A stretch of DNA of 64,000 nt from Rhodospirillales bacterium (GTDB lineage Bacteria > Pseudomonadota > Alphaproteobacteria > Bin95), in NCBI GenBank assembly GCA_038143065.1, contig JAYQLI010000035.1, positions 448,001 to 512,000 on the forward strand, written 5' to 3'. The stretch's first letter is position 1, and each line of letters opens with the position of its first letter. The notes beneath the pieces were generated by a model that ran no database searches, was not told where the DNA came from, and saw nothing but the letters and a program-made list of their open reading frames with translations. Both the position numbers and the translations under genes were made by a program. This document shows positions 56,098 to 64,000 of this stretch, piece after piece.

Positions 56098-56947
56098 CTA
56101 CTGGTTTTGTCGGAAAGAGCTTGCAGGGTATACGCCTAAAAACCTAAATTCACGGCTAAAGAAACCAAGTTCTTCCAGTGCAAGCTTTACTGATGGATCA
56201 TCAGGATGGCCTTCGATATCAACATAAAATTGCGTCGCAAAGAAATCCCCCTCAATCATGTAACTTTCAAGTTTTGTTATATTAACTCCGTTAGTTGCAA
56301 AGCCACCCATTGCTTTATACAGCGCTGCAGGGACATTCCGAACTCGGAATATAAAAGTGCTTATACAAAGTCCGTCTGAAATAGACGGGAGTCATTGCCT
56401 CTCTCGAAAGAATTATAAATCTAGTTGTGTTATGTGCGTGATCTTCCATCTCTGGTTTTAATATTTCCAGGCCATAAATTTCAGCGGCCAGAGAGGAGGC
56501 AATAGCGCTTTCTTCAATGTCAGACGACTTTTCTAAGTCTGCAGCAGCTCCTGCGGTATCAACATGTACAATTGCTTCTAACCCTAATTCTCTAATAGCC
56601 TTCCGACATTGGCCGAGAGCATGGACATGGCTCCTGACGCGCTTGATTGTTTTTAAAGTTGAGCCTTTGGGTGCCATCAAGAAGTGTTTCACTGGCTCGA
56701 AATGCTCGCCAATTATATTCAGCCCTGTGCCAGGTAGGAGATGATGTATGTCTGCTACTCGACCTGCAATTGAATTCTCAATCGGTATCATTGCTAATCG
56801 CGCTGCACCGCTTTCCACCGCATCAAATGCACCTTCGAAAGAATTACAGGGTAACGGTGTCATGTTTGGATAAGCGGCCAAACAAGCCAAATTTGAGTAA
56901 GCACCGGGAGCACCTTGAAAAGCTATAAGATCATTAGAATCAGTCAT
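56098..56947 (-). CDS. pheA: Prephenate dehydratase (frameshift ~56375)
   Basis: IAFQGAPGAYS, PIENSIAGRV, SHVHALGQC, NTTRF, ACT domain GGFATNGVNITKLES. Confidence 0.93.
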
Positions 56948-56958
56948 TCGTTGCGCCT

Positions 56959-57684
56959 TTAAACCTTGAGTTGAACGCGGGCACGTTCCAAATCATCTAG
57001 ATCGTCTACTCCTAGAGGGATGTCATCCACAACAGCAGCTGATATCACCATTCCGTCTTCTAATGCTCTTAGCTGTTCGAGACGTTCACGTAGTTCTAAT
57101 GGACTTGGTTGAAGCTGAACAAATCTTTCAAGTGCCTTTCGACGATACCCATAAAGCCCAATGTGGTGATACACCGGACCAGAACCTGTTGGAACTAAGG
57201 CTCGAGAGAAATACAGAGCACGGCCTGAAGCAGCTAGAACTGCTTTTACGACGTTCGGATTTGATAGCTCTTCCTGGTTCTTTATTTCTGCAACTAATGT
57301 CGAGATGTCGACGGAAGGTTCTTCTAGAGGTGTTAGAGCGGCACGGATAGATAAAGGTAAAATAGTTGGGATATCGCCTTGAACATTTATAACGATGTCA
57401 TGCTTGCGATCTTTATCAAGTGAATCAAGTGCAGCTTTGATTCTATCGGAACCTGACGGCAAGTCAGGGTCAGTTAAGACAGCCTTTGCCCCATACTGTT
57501 CAGCGGCCTCGGCGATTTCATTTTCAGCGGCAGCTACCACCACAGGGCCTATATCTGCTTCTTTTGCCCTATCGATGACATGAGCAATCATTGGGCGCCC
57601 ATTTATTTCAGCTAGAGGCTTCCCAGGCAGCCGCGATGCCTGCATTCGCGCTGGGATAACTATGATTGGAGAGTGCTTTTCCAT
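56959..57684 (-). CDS. kdsB: 3-deoxy-manno-octulosonate cytidylyltransferase
   Basis: IPARMQASRLPGKPL, SGSDR, NVQGD, ALYFSR, HIGLYGY, LEQLRALE. Confidence 0.96.
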   Translation of the reverse strand: MEKHSPIIVIPARMQASRLPGKPLAEINGRPMIAHVIDRAKEADIGPVVVAAAENEIAEAAEQYGAKAVLTDPDLPSGSDRIKAALDSLDKDRKHDIVINVQGDIPTILPLSIRAALTPLEEPSVDISTLVAEIKNQEELSNPNVVKAVLAASGRALYFSRALVPTGSGPVYHHIGLYGYRRKALERFVQLQPSPLELRERLEQLRALEDGMVISAAVVDDIPLGVDDLDDLERARVQLKV

Positions 57685-57820
57685 GTGTTAATCATGAACC
57701 TCTAGATGGCGATGGATGCGACGCGACGGAAAGACGCACAACTTGTGGCGCGCCTTAGCCTTTAGATGCGAGTATATCGTATTTACTGAATATCGTTATT
57801 GATTTTGGAGCTTCTTTCTT

Positions 57821-58384
57821 ATGAATTCCATGAAGGTGAATAAACTAGCCGCAGCATGTTTGTTAGCAGGAATAATTGCGATGACCAGCGGGTTTGTGAC
57901 TCGCTTAATTCACCCTGCTGCACCTGTTGAGCACCATGGTGACTCGCATGGAGACCATAAGCGCGTTTTAGGTGCTTATGCCAAGGCATCAGCCGCTCCC
58001 GAAACAGCATCAGCAGAACCTGCTGGTCCAGAGGCTGTTGCCCCACTCCTAGCCTCAGCGGACATTGAAGCAGGAAAGAAAGTTTTCAAAAAATGTCAGT
58101 CTTGCCATAATGCTGATAAAGGTGGGGCTAATAAGACAGGACCAGCACTTTATGGTGTGGTCGGTAATGACATAGCTAGTTATGAAGGTTTTAAATATTC
58201 ATCCGCGTTAGACGGCGTTGCCGGTAATTGGACGTACGATGCCCTAAATCAATTCCTGTATACGCCGCGGGCTTACGTTAAAGGCACCAAAATGGTGTTT
58301 GCCGGCCTTAAAAAGACGGCTGATAGGGCTTCTGTAATCGCATATCTCCGCGCTCAAGACGACTCCCCGGAACCTTTGCCATAA
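57821..58384 (+). CDS. cycM: Membrane-anchored cytochrome c (CycM/c2-like)
   Basis: N-terminal TM; CQSCH haem motif; GPALYGV; GTKMVFAG (axial Met); divergent from kdsB. Confidence 0.85.
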   Translation: MNSMKVNKLAAACLLAGIIAMTSGFVTRLIHPAAPVEHHGDSHGDHKRVLGAYAKASAAPETASAEPAGPEAVAPLLASADIEAGKKVFKKCQSCHNADKGGANKTGPALYGVVGNDIASYEGFKYSSALDGVAGNWTYDALNQFLYTPRAYVKGTKMVFAGLKKTADRASVIAYLRAQDDSPEPLP

Positions 58385-58411
58385 CTAAAAAATAAAGCGG
58401 AACGACTTATC

Positions 58412-59191
58412 ATGGATCCGCGGGTACCAGCTTGGAGCCCGAGCCTAGCTTGTAGGTTAGCAGACGCCGTTCGTCCTATTCTCAGGGGATATTATCGGCA
58501 AGAACTGCTAATAGATGGGAAACCTGACCAATCTCCTGTAACAAGGGCGGATCGTGAGAGTGAGGCAGCCCTTCGTTCTATTTTGTCGAGAGAAGTTCCT
58601 GGTCACGGCATAATTGGGGAAGAACAGGGCTCAGAAAAATCTGAAGCAGATTATGTTTGGATTATAGACCCATTGGATGGCACACGTGCATTTGTGTCGG
58701 GCAAACCGCAATTTGGGTGTCTCATAGCATTAGCTCACAAAGGCCAGCCTATTGTTGGTGTTATCGATATGCCAATCTTGGAGGAACGCTGGGTAGGAGT
58801 GTTAGGTGTAGGTACAACCTTAAATGGAGCTCCTCAGCGGACCCGACATGCTGTTGAATTGAGCGAAGCCCTCATGGGGTGCACTAGCTTAGAGATGTTT
58901 TCAGAACCAGACTCTCAAGCAACTTTTGAAAAAATTCGTCAGCAAGTTCGAGACTGTAATTTTGGTGGGGATTGCTACAACTATGGCGTGCTCGCCAGTG
59001 GTTTCCTCGATATTGTCGTCGAAACATCTTTAAAGCCATGGGACTACGCTGCTCTTGTACCCATAATTCTTGCAGCAGGGGGTGCAATTACAGATTGGCA
59101 GGGCCAGCCTTTAGGTCTTGAGTCGAAGGGTGATGTTGTCGCTTCTAGTGATGCGGCATTGCATCGAAAAATTTTACCATTTCTTCAGTAA
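58412..59191 (+). CDS. hisN: Histidinol-phosphate phosphatase (inositol monophosphatase family)
   Basis: SPVTRADR, GIIGEE, WIIDPLDGTRAF, GGDCYNY, LKPWDYAALVP. Confidence 0.82.
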   Translation: MDPRVPAWSPSLACRLADAVRPILRGYYRQELLIDGKPDQSPVTRADRESEAALRSILSREVPGHGIIGEEQGSEKSEADYVWIIDPLDGTRAFVSGKPQFGCLIALAHKGQPIVGVIDMPILEERWVGVLGVGTTLNGAPQRTRHAVELSEALMGCTSLEMFSEPDSQATFEKIRQQVRDCNFGGDCYNYGVLASGFLDIVVETSLKPWDYAALVPIILAAGGAITDWQGQPLGLESKGDVVASSDAALHRKILPFLQ

Positions 59192-59246
59192 AACTTACGA
59201 CGATTGGTCTTGCCCTTACGTAGTAAGAACCCCACCATAGGTTACC

Positions 59247-61117
59247 ATGAACTGGCGAATTATCCTTAGACTTATTGTGCTGTCCCTGTGCACACAACCC
59301 GCAGTTGCTGAACTGTCTATTGAAGAGCGTGAATGCATTTCTGCGTTACGGACGAAGCCCCAAGAGACTAACGATATCTTTAAACACCATGCTCTTGCAT
59401 TGCATGGAAGTCCTAAATACCCAGAAAATTTTACACACTTTGATTATGTAAATCCGAATGCTCCAAAGGGGGGTGTTTTACGGCTCGCTTCAGAAGGGTC
59501 TTTTGACAGTTTTAACCCTTTTAACAGCAAGGGCACTCCAGTTAATCCTGGAGTTTTCGAAACACTGATGGTTTCCAGTGAAGATGAAGCCTTTTCAGAA
59601 TATGGCCTTTTAGCTGAAAATATAGAATACCCGGCCGATCGCTCCTGGGTGATTTTTAATTTACGAGCAGAGGCGAGGTGGCAAGACGGTAAGCCGGTAA
59701 GCGCTGACGACGTCATTTTTTCTTTCAATACCCTTCGAGAAAAAGGTGCCCCTTTTTATCGTTTCTATTATGGAAATGTTTCGGGGTGGAAAAGCTTAAC
59801 AATCGCAGGGTTCGCTTTAATTTTGCTAATAATAAGAACCGAGAACTTCCGCTAATTTTGGGCCAGCTTCCAATTCTACCAATGCATTGGTGGTCAGGGC
59901 GTGATTTCTCCGCGACTTTACTGGATCCACCGCTTGGCTCGGGTCCTTATAAGATTGGTAGTTATGAGCCTGGTAGATTTGTCGAACGAACCCGTCATAA
60001 AAAATATTGGGGACGGAATCTCGCGGTAAACACAGGTCAAAATAATTTTGACCGAATTCGGATAGATTACTATCGAGATAGAATTGCTATTCGCGAGGCA
60101 GTTAAGGCTGGTGCGGTTGATTATTTTTTAGAAAATCAAGCCAAAGCTTGGGCTGTAGATTGGACTACGCCTGCTATTCAGCAGAAAAAACTAATTAAGA
60201 AATTGGTAAAAGAAAGTACGCCGCAGGGGATGCAGGCTTTTGTTATGAATACGCGAAGAGAGATTTTTCAGGATTTTCGCGTAAGGAAAGCGCTTAACCT
60301 AGCCTTCGATTTTGAATGGACAAATAAAAATTTATTCTTTGGGCAGTATAAGCGGTCATACAGCTTCTTTTCCAACTCGGAGTTAGCGGCATCTGGCGAA
60401 GCAAAAGGTGAGGAGAGGGTAGCTCTAAAGTGCTTGGCAGCCTATTTTCCAGAAGAAATCCTGACAGCTCCTGCCACTCTGCCTGCTACGGACGGATCTG
60501 GATGGTCTAGAGAAAATCTACGCCAAGCTTTCCGCCTGCTTAATTCTGCGGGTTGGTCTGTAAAAGATTTGAAGTTGGTAAACGAAAAAACCAACCGACA
60601 ATTTAAGTTTGAGTTTCTATTAGTCAGCCCTGCCTTCGAGCGGATCGTTTTGCCATTTAAGCGTAATCTAGAGCGCCTTGGTATGGAGGTGTCGGTTAGG
60701 CTCGTTGATCAAAGTCAATACATTAATCGGTTACGACAATTTGATTTTGATATGATTGTGAGCGGCTGGGGGCAGTCAGAATCTCCAGGCAGTGAGCAGC
60801 GTGATTATTGGGGTTCAAATGCGGCTGACCGGGAGGGTAGTCGAAATTTTATAGGTATACGAAATACTGGAATTGATGCGCTAATAGAACTGCTAATAGA
60901 AGCACCCGACAGAGAAAGCTTAATCGCACGTACACATGCACTTGATCGCGCTCTACTTGCTGGACAATGGATTATTCCAAATTGGCATATAGCAGCTGAG
61001 CGGATTGTTTATTGGGATAAGTTTGGCCAACCAGAGGTTACGCCATATAAGGGTGTTGCTTTAAATACTTGGTGGTTTGACCAAACCAAAGCATCCAAGC
61101 TTTTGGGAGGCAATTAA
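59247..61117 (+). CDS. yejA: YejA-like ABC peptide-binding protein (frameshift at G-run ~59783)
   Basis: HFDYVNPNAPKGG, FDSFNPF, YGLLAE, PPLGSGPY, FDFEWTNKNLF, SPGSEQRDYW. Confidence 0.88.
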
Positions 61118-62233
61118 TTGCTGTCCTATATTTTTCGTCGTTTGTTGCTAATTATTCCAACCTTGTTCGGCATAATGGCAATAAACTTTTTTATAGTACA
61201 GGCGGCCCCAGGGGGACCTGTCGAACAGGTAATCGCTGAATTAACCGGAACTGGTAATGTCTCAGAGCGCATTACGCGTTCGGGCGGTGACTTCAGTGCA
61301 GGGCAGAAAAATGGAAGCGTAGATATTTCTGCAAGCGAGAGCAGTACATCATCTTATAGAGGCGCACGGGGCTTAGACCCAGATTTTATTAAAGATCTCG
61401 AAAAACGGTTTGGCTTTGACAAGCCTATCCATGAGCGCTTTTTTGAGATGGTTGCAAATTTCATTCAGTTTGATTTTGGTGAAAGTTTTTTTCGTTCAGA
61501 GAGAGTTGTTGATCTTGTAATAGACAAGCTGCCTGTATCTATCTCTCTTGGACTTTGGACGACACTTTTTGTTTATTTAATTTCAATACCTCTGGGTATA
61601 GCAAAAGCGACAAGAGATGGAGAAGCATTTGATATTTGGACTAGTGCACTTGTAATTATCGGCTATGCCATTCCCGGCTTTCTTTTTGCTGTTCTCCTGC
61701 TTGTAGTTTTTGCTGGAGGTAGTTTCCTTCAATGGTTTCCTCTACGGGGGTTAACTTCAGAAAATTTTGAGCAAATGACCACAGTGCAGCAGATCTTAGA
61801 TTACTTCTGGCACTTGGTACTTCCAGTAATCTCGATGGTTATTGGAGGATTTGCTGGCCTCACTTTGCTAACCAAAAACTCTTTTTTAGATCAAATAAAT
61901 CAGCAATATGTTCTTACGGCACGCTCAAAAGGTTTATCAGAAACACGGGTTTTATTTGGGCATGTTTTTCGCAATGCAATGTTGATTGTGATAGCAGGAT
62001 TCCCCGCGGCATTCATCGGTATTTTATTTACTGGAGCTCTTTTAGTTGAAGTGATTTTTTCTTTGGATGGTCTTGGCCTTCTGGGATATGAGGCTGCAAT
62101 AAAACGTGATTATCCAGTGATGTTTGCTAGCGTCTGGTTTTTCTCACTTCTTGGACTTTTGATGAACCTGGTTGGAGATCTTACCTATATGTGGGTGGAT
62201 CCACGCATAGATTTTGAGACCCGAAGATCGTGA
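61118..62233 (+). CDS. yejB: YejB ABC permease
   Basis: [52 protein letters not shown]. Confidence 0.92.
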   Translation: MLSYIFRRLLLIIPTLFGIMAINFFIVQAAPGGPVEQVIAELTGTGNVSERITRSGGDFSAGQKNGSVDISASESSTSSYRGARGLDPDFIKDLEKRFGFDKPIHERFFEMVANFIQFDFGESFFRSERVVDLVIDKLPVSISLGLWTTLFVYLISIPLGIAKATRDGEAFDIWTSALVIIGYAIPGFLFAVLLLVVFAGGSFLQWFPLRGLTSENFEQMTTVQQILDYFWHLVLPVISMVIGGFAGLTLLTKNSFLDQINQQYVLTARSKGLSETRVLFGHVFRNAMLIVIAGFPAAFIGILFTGALLVEVIFSLDGLGLLGYEAAIKRDYPVMFASVWFFSLLGLLMNLVGDLTYMWVDPRIDFETRRS

Positions 62234-63252
62234 ATATTTCTCCAATAAATAAGCGTCGTTTTGCACAGTTTAAGTCGAATAAGCGGGGTTACTGGTCTGC
62301 GATTATTTTCTGTTGCGTGTTTTTGATAAGCTTATTTGCCGAATTTATAGCCAACGATAAACCCTTTCTTCTGGTTTATGACGGTGAAATTTACATGCCT
62401 GTGATGTCGGCATATCCCGAGACAGCTTTTGGTGGAGAATTTCTAACAGAGGCAGATTACAGAGACCCTGTTGTTGCGCGAAAGATCAATGAAAATGGAT
62501 GGATGTTATGGCCTTTGATCCGCTTCAATCATGCCACTGTTGCTTGGGACCTTCCTGCACCGGCTCCCACTGGGCCAGACACAACACACATTCTAGGCAC
62601 TGACGATCAGGCGCGCGATCTGGCGGCTAGGTTGATTTACGGATTTAGAATTTCTGTGCTTTTTGGTTTCACTTTAGTTGTTTTTTCATCATTAATTGGC
62701 GTATTTGCTGGCCTGGTCCAAGGATTTTACGGTGGTTTGATAGATCTAACTGTTCAGAGATTTATTGAAGTTTGGGGCGGACTTCCCCAACTCTATATCT
62801 TGATTATTTTGGCTAGTGTGGTCGAACCAAATTTTTGGTGGCTACTTGGGCTTCTCTTACTGTTTAGCTGGGTCAGCCTAGTTGGAGTAGTTCGTGCTGA
62901 AACGCTTCGAGCGCGTAATCAAGATTTTGTGCGTGCAGCAAGGGCTCTAGGTGTGTCCAACAGCATGATTATTCTGCGACATGTACTACCAAATGCGATG
63001 GTAGCGACAATCACTTTCCTGCCTTTTATTCTTGCAGGGTCTGTCACTACTCTTACAGCTCTTGATTTTATAGGTTTTGGCCTGCCGCCAGGCTCACCTT
63101 CTCTTGGAGAAATGTTGCAACAGGGTAAAAACAATCTTCAGGCGCCTTGGCTTGGATTAACAGGTTTCTTTTCAATAGCGCTTCTGCTGACTCTTCTTGT
63201 GTTTGCAGGTGAGGCTGTGCGGGACGCATTTGATCCAAGGAAGACCACTTAA
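62230..63252 (+). CDS. yejE: YejE ABC permease
   Basis: [55 protein letters not shown]. Confidence 0.92.
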   Translation: MNISPINKRRFAQFKSNKRGYWSAIIFCCVFLISLFAEFIANDKPFLLVYDGEIYMPVMSAYPETAFGGEFLTEADYRDPVVARKINENGWMLWPLIRFNHATVAWDLPAPAPTGPDTTHILGTDDQARDLAARLIYGFRISVLFGFTLVVFSSLIGVFAGLVQGFYGGLIDLTVQRFIEVWGGLPQLYILIILASVVEPNFWWLLGLLLLFSWVSLVGVVRAETLRARNQDFVRAARALGVSNSMIILRHVLPNAMVATITFLPFILAGSVTTLTALDFIGFGLPPGSPSLGEMLQQGKNNLQAPWLGLTGFFSIALLLTLLVFAGEAVRDAFDPRKTT

Positions 63253-64000
63253 TGTCGGGTCCCATTTTAAAGATTGATAATCTGGGTGTAAGCTTTAGGG
63301 GGACTAGTGGAGAACCGAAACTTGTTGTTAAAGACGTCTCTCTAGAGCTTAGTAAGGAGAAACTTTAGCTTTAGTTGGTGAATCTGGTTCTGGGAAATCA
63401 GTTACCGCACTTTCAATCTTGCAACTGCTGCCATACCCAAACGCGGAGCATCCTTCGGGTTCCATTCTATTTGACGATCTAGAAATGGTAGGGGCAACTC
63501 AATTTGACTTGCGTCGGGTTCGGGGACAGCGAGTTGGAATGATTTTTCAGGAACCAATGACAAGCTTAAATCCGCTACATTCGGTTGCTCGTCAAATTAG
63601 TGAAAGCCTTATTGTCCATCGAAAGTTTTCTAAAACTTCTGCAAGAAGTAGGGCCTTAGAGCTCTTGGAACTTGTTGGAATTAAAGACGCTAAAGCAAGG
63701 CTCGATAGCTATCCCCATCAATTATCTGGAGGGCAGAGGCAACGGGTTATGATCGCGATGGCTTTGGCTAATGAGCCTGATCTGTTAATCGCGGATGAGC
63801 CTACAACTGCACTGGATGTCACTATTCAAGCACAAATTCTAGACCTGCTTCGTGAATTGCAAGCTAAGCTTGGGATGGCTATCCTCTTGATTACCCATGA
63901 CTTGAGCATAGTTCGGACAGTTTCCGATCGTGTTGCCGTAATGAGGCAGGGAAGCATCGTAGAAACAGGGTTAACACCAGATGTTTTTCGTATTCCAAAG
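63252..64000 (+). CDS. yejF: YejF-like ABC ATPase (frameshift ~63355; runs off window end); absent from ORF track
   Basis: ATG 63252 [11 protein letters not shown]..; [53 protein letters not shown]. Confidence 0.88.

Noticed and set aside
1-64000. Genome-wide UGA reassignment (genetic code 4 or 25) as the explanation for in-frame TGA
   Set aside because: sufC, sufD, sufS, bcp and hisD end in TGA at expected positions, and prfB with its UGA-sensing frameshift is intact.
8604-64000. Calling the split genes pseudogenes or programmed frameshifts
   Set aside because: Core genes are affected, motifs are intact and no recoding signals were seen except in prfB; assembly error is more parsimonious.
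1-64000. CRISPR arrays, IS elements, integrases, prophage or defence genes
   Set aside because: No regularly spaced repeats and no transposase, recombinase or phage motifs recognised by eye.

Overview
Chromosomal segment of a marine-type alphaproteobacterium (Rhodospirillales-like, inferred from gene order and a permuted two-piece tmRNA). Core blocks: sufBCDS-sufT-sufA; AsmA-like/glnE/bcp; prfB; fumarase-sspB-ssrA-thyX; hisG-hisD-UPF0262-LMW-PTP-maf-rng-yacG; rpmG-rnr-topA; pheA-kdsB-cycM-hisN-yejABEF. An accessory catabolic region lies at about 17.9-35.5 kb around a tRNA-Ser(CGA). About 20 genes, including topA, are split by small indels, which most likely reflects long-read assembly error. 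Main signals missed by the ORF track: (1) two in-frame UGA codons at conserved Cys positions, each followed by a SECIS-like hairpin, predicting selenoproteins (OsmC-like U-P-I-Y and GST U-P-W-V); (2) a perfect 30-bp inverted copy of the tRNA-Ser 3' end plus trailer, bracketing a ~690-bp promoter-lipoprotein-terminator cassette, a candidate tRNA-anchored invertible element or island remnant; (3) the prfB programmed +1 frameshift, the two-piece tmRNA and rpmG. No database searches were run; assignments come from motif recognition and recalled gene context.
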